A stretch of 64,000 nt of DNA from an uncultured Gammaproteobacteria bacterium (GTDB lineage Bacteria; Patescibacteriota; Microgenomatia; Daviesbacterales; UBA10151), in assembly GCA_964459095.1 (NCBI GenBank), contig CAYWKL010000001.1:21253-85252 (forward strand), written 5' to 3'. The notes under the pieces were generated by a model, which was not told where the DNA came from, ran no database searches, and saw only the letters and a list, made by a program, of their open reading frames with translations. Numbering within the stretch: position 1 is the stretch's first letter; each line of letters opens with the position of its first letter. Of the stretch, positions 50,753 to 60,227 are shown one piece after another. The translations under genes were made by a program, and so were the position numbers.

Positions 50753-52418
50753 CTCTTTTAAATTTAGAACCCAAACTTATGAAAAACAAAGCAGTAATCA
50801 AAGATATAATTGAAACGATATCTAATGCCACTTTCCATGGTATTTCAGTAAAATAAATTCTTATTTTACTTTTCCCTGCTGGAATTTTCACGGTAATTTC
50901 ACCAAATTTTTCACCTGGGATGATTTTAGTTGGATTGTTATTCAACTGTGCAACCCAACCTGGAAAAAAATATTTATTAAATCTTAATATTCCAGAATTT
51001 GAGCTTTCTAGTAAAAATAAGTAATTAAATTCTGAATTCTTTCTTGTATTTATAATCTTAAGATCAGAGTAAGAAACAATAGGATAAAGTTTATTAGGTC
51101 TTACAGAAGTCTCCTTTGGAAGCCTTAGATATTCTTCTTGAGTGTCTTGATATTCAGTATTCGCCTTTGGGTAAGGGATATATCTTTTTAAATAATATTC
51201 GTCAGTTCTCCCAAGAAAATCTTCTGGTCTAAAGTAATTAAAACTTATAAGTATTGTTAGAAATATCAAAATTATTCCCGCTAAGTTAGAGTATTTAAAA
51301 AATTTAAATGGAATTATAAAAAATGGTAGGAAGAATGTTGTTAACATTAAAAAGCGCCAGGGAAACTGAAAATATGGGAAAAACGGAAAATTTGACCAAA
51401 TAAAACTTGACCTAAAATTCATCAAAAAAATTGCTATCAGAAGGGAAAGAATTGCCCAAATAAGAAGAGATTTCTCTGTTAAACTAGTTTTTTTCCAAAG
51501 TGATATTAACAACAATATACCTGTTATAAAGGCAAAAATACCTGGTAAACCGAGGAAAAACGAAATGCCATCATATGGGCCGGGGACTGAGGCACCATAC
51601 CCCCAGTACGGTTTAAAAAGTTGCAAAAGGGAAGGGAAGTGGTCAGCAAAATTAAACACAGTATCGTATTTCATTAACCTGCTCTCTGTTATTGCAGGCA
51701 ACCAAAAATAAATGCTCACTAATAGTCCAAGAAAAAAACCAAAGAAAGTTTCAACTAAAGGTTTTAGGGAAAATCTAACATTTATTAATCTTGTTAAACA
51801 AAATAAAAGAGCAAAAGGAATAAACATATACGCGCTTATATTGTGCGACAAGATAAGACCCCCTACTGATAGTGCACAAATCCCTATCCATTTAAGGTTT
51901 CTTTTTTGTTTTGTTATTTTTATTATTGAAAGAATAATTAAAGGTAAAAAAATAAAGGCAACTGTCTCCCCTATTGCCCCTCTTACATAAATATCTACTG
52001 CTCTGTATGGGGCATATATATAAATTAGTGCTCCTGCAAGAGATAAAAGCCTGCCGACAAACTCTCTAAGTAAAAAAAACATTGCAAATCCTGATGTAAA
52101 CAAACTTAAAGCAAAAACAGCTTTTATACTATCGACAAAGTTTAAGCTTAAAAGATGAAACATCTCACCAAAATAAAAAGGTAAGGGAAAAACAAAATTA
52201 AAAAGAGGGTAACCAAATCCAAAACTTAAATCTGGCACAAATCTTGGTGGAATCTGCCCAGCTCTTAGTGTTCTATCCATCTCAAAAAGCCAAGCAATAT
52301 GCAAATCGTCAGACGCTCCGTAGTACCCGGGTACAAGAAGTGAAAAAGTAGTTGGACTAATTAAAACAAACAGTAAAATCCACCAATATTTATTTAGAAA
52401 ATATTTTTTGCTTTCCAT
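50742..52418 (-). CDS. Polytopic membrane protein, unclassified GT-C-like family with 'DDLxI…RWVPD…GFGYP' motif, tandem paralog A
   Basis: 'PGYYGASDDLHIAWLFEMDRTLRAGQIPPRFVPDLSFGFGYPLFNF'. C-terminal beta-rich domain plus a terminal TM. Confidence 0.5.
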   Translation of the reverse strand: MESKKYFLNKYWWILLFVLISPTTFSLLVPGYYGASDDLHIAWLFEMDRTLRAGQIPPRFVPDLSFGFGYPLFNFVFPLPFYFGEMFHLLSLNFVDSIKAVFALSLFTSGFAMFFLLREFVGRLLSLAGALIYIYAPYRAVDIYVRGAIGETVAFIFLPLIILSIIKITKQKRNLKWIGICALSVGGLILSHNISAYMFIPFALLFCLTRLINVRFSLKPLVETFFGFFLGLLVSIYFWLPAITESRLMKYDTVFNFADHFPSLLQLFKPYWGYGASVPGPYDGISFFLGLPGIFAFITGILLLISLWKKTSLTEKSLLIWAILSLLIAIFLMNFRSSFIWSNFPFFPYFQFPWRFLMLTTFFLPFFIIPFKFFKYSNLAGIILIFLTILISFNYFRPEDFLGRTDEYYLKRYIPYPKANTEYQDTQEEYLRLPKETSVRPNKLYPIVSYSDLKIINTRKNSEFNYLFLLESSNSGILRFNKYFFPGWVAQLNNNPTKIIPGEKFGEITVKIPAGKSKIRIYFTEIPWKVALDIVSIISLITALFFISLGSKFKRVVI

Positions 52419-54072
52419 AAAAATAAATTAAAACTAAAAAGACCATTGTTAAAGCCGTTAGAATATTTGCAACTTCTCTAACTTTCGTATTCTCAAAAAT
52501 ACCCTTTATTTCATACTCTCCCTTTGGTAAATCTATTTCTATTCTTCCTAATAGATTGTTGTTTGAGTGGGTTATTTTTTTACCGTTTTCATAAACTGTC
52601 CAATTCGGAAAATCAAAAACTGGGATTTCTATTTTTGATTCTTTTTTTGCATCCGCATTGAATGAAAAATTGCTCGAGTGATTTGAGAAGTTAAATATTT
52701 TTGCATTACCTGATTTTACCAAAGGAGCGTCCGGGGCTTTTTCTCTTGGTTCATATGCAGTTTTAGGTAGATAATCTAATATTGCGGCTTTTTGTTGTTC
52801 TTCAAATAACTTTCCAGACAACTTTTGAGTATCAGTTAAATTATAAATTCTTTGTGGTCTAAAATATGTCCAGTTTAAAAAAATTACAGCTGATGAAATT
52901 GCGAAAAATATTAAAAGGGAGAACTTTTTTGGAAAAATACTAACAAAGAATCCTCCAAGTAAACTAGCTGAAAAAACTGATAAAGCCAAAAATCTCCAAG
53001 GAAACTGAGTAAATTGCAAAGTGTCAGAAAGCTCCCAAATAAATGCAGATTTGTTATGCATCATAAATACTGAAAATGAAAACATAGTAAGTCCAAACAA
53101 AACAATAAATAGATTTTTAATTCGTTCCCTTTTTCTTTGAAGGAAGAAAAAAATTAGCCCTAATATAGAAAGAGGGGCAAAAAACCACAAAGGCCATCCT
53201 ATTTGAAATGATATGGTATCTTTATCCCCAGGCACTGAAGCACCATACCCCCAGAACCTATCCAGAAAAATTTGCTTAATTGAAACAAAATGGGCCCTGA
53301 AATTTAAATCCCCTATCCTTAAGGAATCTGTATTAACTAAGTCTTTCTCAAAATACGCTGGAATAGTGAAAAATGCTGATAAACCAAATCCTCCCAAAAA
53401 GGCTAAAATTAGAAGTAGAGGATTTTTTCTTTCATAAATAATCCAAAAAATACACCAAAGAAAAATCCAAGGTAAAAATAAAATTGTCATTATTGTATGA
53501 CTGGTAAAAAATGCTCCTAATAATAAAGAACTAAATAAAAAATATTTGTAAGTATTTTTGTCTATTAATTTTAAAAGAATGTAAAAAAGTAAAGGAACTA
53601 GGGCAATTGCAAAACTTTCTGATAGTGCACCTCTTACATAAGTATCTAAAGCCCTGTATGGAGCGAACATAAATAAAACAGCACCTGTTACCCCAGAAAT
53701 TTTTCCCCAAAGATCTTTTACAAAAATATACATCCCTAACGAACCTATTATTAAAGGAATTAAAAAGAGTATTTTTGCTGAAATGATATATCCAAAAATG
53801 AAACTTAAAAATGCACCTACATAAAAGGAGAGAGGGTTGTAATAATTGTAAAGAGGGAATCCATTTCCAAACCCCATATCAGGAACCCATCTGCAGGGAA
53901 TTTGAAAATCAACCAAACATTTTCTCATCTCAAAAAGCCTCATAATTTGAAGATCATCATGGTGAGAAAAATAACCGGGGAGAAGAAGTGGCCAGATTGT
54001 GAGGATAACAAGAGTTGTTAAACAAAAGATCTCCCAGTTTTTAGTAAATCTTTTTTTTAGAGTAGTAAACAT
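52390..54072 (-). CDS. Same family, tandem paralog B
   Basis: 'PGYFSHHDDLQIMRLFEMRKCLVDFQIPCRWVPDMGFGNGFPLYNY'. Confidence 0.5.
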   Translation of the reverse strand: MFTTLKKRFTKNWEIFCLTTLVILTIWPLLLPGYFSHHDDLQIMRLFEMRKCLVDFQIPCRWVPDMGFGNGFPLYNYYNPLSFYVGAFLSFIFGYIISAKILFLIPLIIGSLGMYIFVKDLWGKISGVTGAVLFMFAPYRALDTYVRGALSESFAIALVPLLFYILLKLIDKNTYKYFLFSSLLLGAFFTSHTIMTILFLPWIFLWCIFWIIYERKNPLLLILAFLGGFGLSAFFTIPAYFEKDLVNTDSLRIGDLNFRAHFVSIKQIFLDRFWGYGASVPGDKDTISFQIGWPLWFFAPLSILGLIFFFLQRKRERIKNLFIVLFGLTMFSFSVFMMHNKSAFIWELSDTLQFTQFPWRFLALSVFSASLLGGFFVSIFPKKFSLLIFFAISSAVIFLNWTYFRPQRIYNLTDTQKLSGKLFEEQQKAAILDYLPKTAYEPREKAPDAPLVKSGNAKIFNFSNHSSNFSFNADAKKESKIEIPVFDFPNWTVYENGKKITHSNNNLLGRIEIDLPKGEYEIKGIFENTKVREVANILTALTMVFLVLIYFYGKQKIFSK

Positions 54073-55750
54073 AAAAAAGAAAAACTACAAATACTAAGCT
54101 GGTTAAGGTTAAATAATCTCCGATACTTCTAATGAAAGTATTTGTAAGTCTTGCTTCTATTATATGACGGCCAGGGCTAACATCAAAAGTAATTAAACCT
54201 AAACAAAACTCTTGCCTCCTACAATCATTATAAATGTGTTTTACTTCTTTCCCATCAATAAAAACTTTCATCCCTGGGAAATGAAATAAGGGAAGGCGCA
54301 ATCTAGATTTTTCGAAAACTAAAATTTCTCCTTTCTGCGAACTGGCTTTTTTTACATAACTAATAAAATCAACATCACCACTCATTACCTCGGGCAATTT
54401 CGGAGCTTTTTCTATTGGAGGAAGTTTTGCATAAATTGGTAAGTAGTCAAAAATACTAATTGTTAATTGTTTCTCCCAAAGGTTTCCTGAGAATTTATCT
54501 TTGTCAGAAATATTTAACCATTTTAAAGGTTGAAAAAAGCTTGCGTACATAACAAATGCAATAACTACTGATAGTATCCCAACAACTAAAGAAGCTATAT
54601 TACTTTTTTTAAAATGCAGTTTAGAAATTTGATAAATTGAGATTGCGCTTAATGCGGAGAGTAAAAAAATACTGACTGCATTAAATCTCCATGGAAACTG
54701 CAGGTAAGTTAAGAAGGGAATTGGCGACCAAAGAAAAGAAGATTTTTGGTGCATCATAAAAAGAACCAAAAGTTCAACCATTGATAAAACAAAAGTAAGT
54801 ATTGCCAATTCCTTATTTTTCCTAAAATTTACAATCCCTAGAATTACCGCTAATAAAGAAAGAACCCACTGAACATGCCCGGTTGTTAGGGATAAATCGT
54901 CTCCAGGCCCTAAATAAGAAGATCCAAACCCCCAGTGATTTGAGATAAACAATTGATAAACGTCCACAAAGTGTTGTCTATAATCAAAATACCCTCCTAA
55001 AAGGGACTCTGTATGAGCAAATTGTCTCTCAAATAAAACAGGTAATGTAAAAAAAGCGGCAAGTCCTAAGCCAAAAAGCCCTGACAAACCAATTTTAATA
55101 GTCTCTTTCCATTTTTTTTCTAAAATTATTAAAGATAAAATCCAAATTCCTAAAACAGGAAAAAATATCAAAGACATTAAGTTATGGGTTGTAAGTAGAA
55201 GTGCAACAGATATTGCAAAAAAACAAAAATAATTTAATCCTCTTTTCTTGATTAGCATATAAGATGACCAAAAAAGTAATGGAAAAAAGACTAACGCCCA
55301 AAACTCACTCATTGCTCCCCTTACATAAACCTCAACTGCTTTATAAGGAATATATGTATAAAGAAGGGTTCCAACAAATCCCGGCCAAATACCTAAAAAA
55401 TTTCTCAAAAACAAAAACATTGCAAAAGCACTAAAGACAAACCCCACTGCAAAAAGTATTTTTACAGAATCTATAAATTGGAATCCTATTAAGTGAATTA
55501 TTTCTCCTAGATAATAAACACCTGGAGGGTAATATATAAATTGCGGGTAACCGTACTGATAACCTGGATCAGGAACCCATCTACAAGGAAATTGTAATTC
55601 TTGAAAGCATTTGTCCATTTCAAAAATCCTAAAAGCTTGCAGATCATCTTGCATTGGGAAAAATCCTGGGCGCACCAAGCTATAAAAGGTAGGAATTGTA
55701 AAAATAAAAAGTAAAATCCAAACAAAGATCTTAGGTTTTAAGATATTCAT
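54041..55750 (-). CDS. Same family, tandem paralog C
   Basis: 'PGFFPMQDDLQAFRIFEMDKCFQELQFPCRWVPDPGYQYGYPQFIY'. Confidence 0.5.
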   Translation of the reverse strand: MNILKPKIFVWILLFIFTIPTFYSLVRPGFFPMQDDLQAFRIFEMDKCFQELQFPCRWVPDPGYQYGYPQFIYYPPGVYYLGEIIHLIGFQFIDSVKILFAVGFVFSAFAMFLFLRNFLGIWPGFVGTLLYTYIPYKAVEVYVRGAMSEFWALVFFPLLFWSSYMLIKKRGLNYFCFFAISVALLLTTHNLMSLIFFPVLGIWILSLIILEKKWKETIKIGLSGLFGLGLAAFFTLPVLFERQFAHTESLLGGYFDYRQHFVDVYQLFISNHWGFGSSYLGPGDDLSLTTGHVQWVLSLLAVILGIVNFRKNKELAILTFVLSMVELLVLFMMHQKSSFLWSPIPFLTYLQFPWRFNAVSIFLLSALSAISIYQISKLHFKKSNIASLVVGILSVVIAFVMYASFFQPLKWLNISDKDKFSGNLWEKQLTISIFDYLPIYAKLPPIEKAPKLPEVMSGDVDFISYVKKASSQKGEILVFEKSRLRLPLFHFPGMKVFIDGKEVKHIYNDCRRQEFCLGLITFDVSPGRHIIEARLTNTFIRSIGDYLTLTSLVFVVFLFYVYYSKKKIY

Positions 55751-57276
55751 TTTGCAGGTGTTACTTTAAAAAGTAAAATTGATAAAGGAGGTGCTTTAAA
55801 ACCCTCTGCTTTAGGATAATCTTTAATCAGAGTAAATCCCTCTTCAAAATTAGATAGGTTCTGAGCGTTAGCTACATAAAAAGTGGGAACTTCTTTTGCA
55901 GTTATCCTTAAATCCTTAGGAAAATCCTTATTGCTTGGGGCAATTTTAATATTGGTATTTTTATCCAAATAAATTTGTAGGCCATCTGGCAGAGTCCCGA
56001 ATGTCCCTTGTGCTCCAACAACAATTTCCCTACCGCCTGACTCACTTTTCAAATAATTTGCTATTTCCTTTAAACCATAACCAGCTGTCCAGTCCTCTAG
56101 ATACCCTCTTCTTTCGTTTTTGGGTAAGGGGGTTTTTGAGGGATTAGCTAAAACATAATAATTAAAATAAGCAGTTTGAGGAAGAATTAGTAAAAGAAAG
56201 ATCAAAATCTTAATCAATGATTTTATTTTTAACTTTCTGTCTATTTCAGATATTACCCAGGCCGCTATAACAAGAAGCGGGGGGATTGAAAATAAAATAT
56301 ACCTTGCTGTAAAAGTTCTTAAGAATGCCATTTCAATAAGTAGCGGAATTAGCGCCCAAGCGCAAACAGCTAAAGCACTTCTGTTTCTTAAAACAAAACT
56401 TAAAAAAATTCCTGAAATAATAAGGACCAAAATAGGTATTGTTATTATTTTAGGAAACCAGTCTATTAAATCATTTAAATGAGGTATAAAAGGATCCAGG
56501 GGTCTTGGTATCAATTCCTGGACAGAAAAGATATAGTCTTGATTTCTTAAGCTTAATGAAGAAAATCCTGGCCCAAGTCTTAAAAGATTGTACATCATCA
56601 ACCCAATCAGAATAGAAACAATAAAAAATCCAATTGATTTAAAAAATCTCTTAGTTAAAATTCTTTTTGAAAAATTAAAGGTAAAAAAAACTGCAGGGAT
56701 AGATAAAAAATTAAACATTCCTGGAGTTTTAGTTAAATAACCTCCTCCTAAAATAAATCCTAAAATCAAGCTTAAGTCGAGTCTTGGATTTTTAATAAGT
56801 AAAAGAGAAAAAATTAAGGCCCAAATTGAAAAAAAAGAAAGCATTGAATCAACCAAAGCCATCCTGTCAAAAAAGATCACCATAGGAGTTATAACTATTA
56901 AAAAACCTGCCCAAAGTCCTACTTGTCTGTTAAAAAATTTCCAACCTAAAAATATTGCTCCTAAAAAAGTTAATAAACCTGAAAAAACTGAAAGTATTCT
57001 CCCTGCAAATAAAGGATCTGAAAAAACTTTAAACATTGGCATCAATACCCACATAAAAAGTGGTGTTTTCCCATCAGATAAAGGAAGAAATCGCAAAGTT
57101 GGCTCTGCTCTCATAACTTGTGCCCATCTTATATAGATTGCCTCATCTGCAAAAATTGGCTGAAGAGTTAAATTAGGGAGTCTTAAGACAAAATATGAAA
57201 TACAAAGAAAAAATAAAATAATTAAAGAAAATTTATTTTTTTTAAAAAAATAGCGCATTTTAACTGTATCTTCCAA
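55747..57276 (-). CDS. GT-C glycosyltransferase, ArnT-like (GT83-type)
   Basis: 'LTLQPIFADEAIYIRWAQVM' resembles the ArnT D-E-x-R/Y loop. Polytopic. Sits directly upstream of a DPM1-like GT2. Confidence 0.65.
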   Translation of the reverse strand: MEDTVKMRYFFKKNKFSLIILFFLCISYFVLRLPNLTLQPIFADEAIYIRWAQVMRAEPTLRFLPLSDGKTPLFMWVLMPMFKVFSDPLFAGRILSVFSGLLTFLGAIFLGWKFFNRQVGLWAGFLIVITPMVIFFDRMALVDSMLSFFSIWALIFSLLLIKNPRLDLSLILGFILGGGYLTKTPGMFNFLSIPAVFFTFNFSKRILTKRFFKSIGFFIVSILIGLMMYNLLRLGPGFSSLSLRNQDYIFSVQELIPRPLDPFIPHLNDLIDWFPKIITIPILVLIISGIFLSFVLRNRSALAVCAWALIPLLIEMAFLRTFTARYILFSIPPLLVIAAWVISEIDRKLKIKSLIKILIFLLLILPQTAYFNYYVLANPSKTPLPKNERRGYLEDWTAGYGLKEIANYLKSESGGREIVVGAQGTFGTLPDGLQIYLDKNTNIKIAPSNKDFPKDLRITAKEVPTFYVANAQNLSNFEEGFTLIKDYPKAEGFKAPPLSILLFKVTPAK

Positions 57277-58006
57277 CTAAATCATTTATCCTAATTCTGA
57301 ACATATCATAAATTGCGGCCAGAGCATCTTTTACAACTTGCACTCTTTCTGTATCTACATAATTCCAGGTAACTTCAACTTCTGCAATTTTAAACCCGTA
57401 TTTTTTTGCCAAATATAAAAGTTCTACGTCAAAGCCAGCATTAACTGCCCCACCGCTAAAGTGTACTACTCCCCACTCTTTTTCTATTTTGGGAATAATT
57501 TTATCAATTGAGGATCTGTTAAAAGCTTTAAAACCACACTGCGTATCTGAAAAAGGTAATCCTAAAATTATTCCTCTTAAAACTGAGAAACCCCAAGCTG
57601 CAATAACTCGAATTGCTGGGGCTCCTTTTCTTCCTTTTCTTGATCCGATCACTAAATTAAAACCATCTTCAAACTTAGGGAGAAATTTTTCTATTTCAGA
57701 AATTGGAGTAGCTTGATCCATATCTGTAAAAAGCACAATTTCTCCTTTTGATCTGAGTAAACCTGTTAAAACTGCTTTTGCCTTACCACCATGAGAATTT
57801 TCTATCAACCTAAAGTTTTGATATTTTTTTGTTTCCTCGTTTATAAGTTCTATCGAATCATCACTAGACCCATCATCAACAACAATTATCTCATATGTGT
57901 ATTTCTGATCCTTTAAGTAGTCAAAAACTTTCTCTAAACTTCCTTTCCTTATATTACTTGCTTCATTGTAGGAAGGTATAACAATTGACAGAATTACTTT
58001 TTCCAT
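57260..58006 (-). CDS. GT2 DPM1/ArnC-like polyprenyl-phosphate sugar synthase
   Basis: 'LSIVIPSYNEASNIRKGSLEKVFDYL…IIVVDDGSSDDS…LFTDMDQATP'. Confidence 0.8.
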   Translation of the reverse strand: MEKVILSIVIPSYNEASNIRKGSLEKVFDYLKDQKYTYEIIVVDDGSSDDSIELINEETKKYQNFRLIENSHGGKAKAVLTGLLRSKGEIVLFTDMDQATPISEIEKFLPKFEDGFNLVIGSRKGRKGAPAIRVIAAWGFSVLRGIILGLPFSDTQCGFKAFNRSSIDKIIPKIEKEWGVVHFSGGAVNAGFDVELLYLAKKYGFKIAEVEVTWNYVDTERVQVVKDALAAIYDMFRIRINDLVGRYS

Positions 58007-59503
58007 TTAATTAGGACTACCTCCTGGGTTAGGAACTAACTTAAAAACTTTTACCCCATCAACATTTTCCTCATTTTCTATTTTTGCATATCCAAAAGCA
58101 GATATCTCATATTTAGGGTGGTTTATTGGGTTACACACTTTATCCTCACAAACAACAAAAAGCTGGCCAGTGTTAGCCTCGCTTAAATGTTTTGGAGGGT
58201 TCCCTAATTTGTAAAGATAAAATTGATAAGCTGAGTCATAATTTCTCTCTGCAATTAAAGCAAAATTAAAGGCTTCACCTTTTGATTTTTTAAATATATA
58301 TTCTGAGATCATTTTTGTTTTTAGGTATTGATTATTTGGAGGAATAAATAATGGGCTATTTATTAAGCTGATATAACCAACAACTAATATAGCTAAAACA
58401 ACAAATGGAAATTTAAAAGGTTTCTTAATTATAAAAATAAATGCGCCTAGTAGTAGATAAGGTGTCGGATTTAAAAAACCTAAGTAATGATCATAAACAG
58501 CTTGTCTATAAAGGGAAAGTCCTATTAAACCAAAAACCAACCAGCAACTTAATAGCAAAATAGGGTAATTAATTTTTTTGTATCTAACGAAGTTATATAA
58601 ATTGGTAAAAATCGGGATAGCAATGATTACGGACAGTACCCAAATTACAAAACTTATACCTGAAGCTATATACCTTCCAATTAAATTATCTGAATAGATT
58701 GGCAAAAACCTAATAATTGGCGAAGCCAGCTCTTTATCTATTGGGGTCTCTTTTCCAGAAATTATATTCATTAAGGATCGAAAATTTAAAAAATTATACT
58801 TAAAATCAAAAATTACAAGGGGCAGCATTAAAAAAATAAACGAAAGTATCCCGAGTGAAGTTCCTAAAAATAAAGACTTTTTAGGCAATTTTCTTGATGC
58901 TTCATAAAAATAAAAAACTATTATTGTAGGAAGTAATAGAAGAGCTAAATAGTGCATTTGGATTGCAAAAGCGAACGCTATTCCTATTAAAACAAACCAT
59001 CTAAAATCGCCAGTTTTATGGATTTTATACAAACCAAGAATTACAAGGGAGGCAAAAAAAGGTTCAGGGTTAGGATTCCATGAGGATTTAGAATAAATTA
59101 TATTTACTGGTGAAATTGAATAAGTTAAAGATGCTAGTATGGCTGGCAAAAATCCAAACCAAGATCTTGAAAGATAATAAATCAGAACAACAGTTAAACT
59201 GCCAATTAGTGCAACCATTCCTGCTGCTCCAACTGGATCAAGCCAAAAAATTGCCATAGGAACACTCATCATGTAGTAATAAAGAGGGCCTAAATACATA
59301 TTTCCTACTGAAGTAGGGGGACCAAGCAAAGGATAATCTTTGTCCACTAAAATTTTCTTAACCACCAAAGCGTCTCTTCCTTCATCACCTAAAAAGGTCA
59401 TGTACTCATCCAGACGATAAAAACGAAAGAAAATAGTGATAAGAATTATTAGTGCAAAAACTAAAACTTCTAATTTATGTTTATTTATTTTTTCGATAAT
59501 CAT
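58007..59503 (-). CDS. GT-C glycosyltransferase-like, PMT_2-type
   Basis: 'FLGDEGRDALVVKKILVDKDYPLLGPPTSVGNMYLGPLYYY'. Confidence 0.55.
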   Translation of the reverse strand: MIIEKINKHKLEVLVFALIILITIFFRFYRLDEYMTFLGDEGRDALVVKKILVDKDYPLLGPPTSVGNMYLGPLYYYMMSVPMAIFWLDPVGAAGMVALIGSLTVVLIYYLSRSWFGFLPAILASLTYSISPVNIIYSKSSWNPNPEPFFASLVILGLYKIHKTGDFRWFVLIGIAFAFAIQMHYLALLLLPTIIVFYFYEASRKLPKKSLFLGTSLGILSFIFLMLPLVIFDFKYNFLNFRSLMNIISGKETPIDKELASPIIRFLPIYSDNLIGRYIASGISFVIWVLSVIIAIPIFTNLYNFVRYKKINYPILLLSCWLVFGLIGLSLYRQAVYDHYLGFLNPTPYLLLGAFIFIIKKPFKFPFVVLAILVVGYISLINSPLFIPPNNQYLKTKMISEYIFKKSKGEAFNFALIAERNYDSAYQFYLYKLGNPPKHLSEANTGQLFVVCEDKVCNPINHPKYEISAFGYAKIENEENVDGVKVFKLVPNPGGSPN

Positions 59504-60204
59504 CTTAGGCGGTATTTAATCCAAAATTTGACCAAATCAATAAAAGAATTAATTATGACTTTTAAACTTGCTCCAGTTGGTTTGCCGAAAAGCCTTGGAT
59601 AGTGATTTACACCAATTTGAACAATATTAAATCCATATTTTTCTGCCTTTATAACAAGCTCTGCATTAATCATCCCCCCTCTTGTTGACTCAAGGTGAGG
59701 AATTGTGTCTAGGAATCTCTTACTTACTATTTTAAAACCGCAGTCTACATCCTTGAGCTTTAATCCAAAAAAAATAAAAAGTAAAATTGCCCACCCTTTT
59801 GCGATTACTAAACGAATAAACGGATCATTTCTTTTTATTCTATATCCAATGATTAAATCTGCCTCAAAAGTTTTGTCTATAAATTTAGTTACCTCAGAAA
59901 AATCAAACTGTCCGTCAGCGTCCGTGTATGTAATCCAATCAAATTTGGATTGATAAAATCCAGCCTGCAGCGCAGCACCATACCCTCCATTTCTTTGATG
60001 AATCACCTTAATTTTGTCGTGTTTTTTAGCGTAGTTTTCTGCTTTTTCCCCTGTTTTGTCTCTTGAGCCATCATCAACAACAATTATCTCGTAGTCCTCA
60101 AGGTCAAGATTTTCCAGCACTTTTTGGGCTTTTTCAACAGTTGAAACAATATTCCCCTCTTCATTAAAGCATGGAAAAAAGACAGAAAGCTTTTGAACAG
60201 ACAT
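59500..60204 (-). CDS. GT2 DPM1/ArnC-like polyprenyl-phosphate sugar synthase
   Basis: 'LSVFFPCFNEEGNIVSTVEKA…IIVVDDGSRDKTGEKA…TDADGQF'. The longest ORF extends to 60240. That would overlap the divergent plus-strand gene, so the Met at 60204 is preferred. Confidence 0.75.
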   Translation of the reverse strand: MSVQKLSVFFPCFNEEGNIVSTVEKAQKVLENLDLEDYEIIVVDDGSRDKTGEKAENYAKKHDKIKVIHQRNGGYGAALQAGFYQSKFDWITYTDADGQFDFSEVTKFIDKTFEADLIIGYRIKRNDPFIRLVIAKGWAILLFIFFGLKLKDVDCGFKIVSKRFLDTIPHLESTRGGMINAELVIKAEKYGFNIVQIGVNHYPRLFGKPTGASLKVIINSFIDLVKFWIKYRLR

Positions 60205-60227
60205 GTTTACTATGCTAACATCAAATT

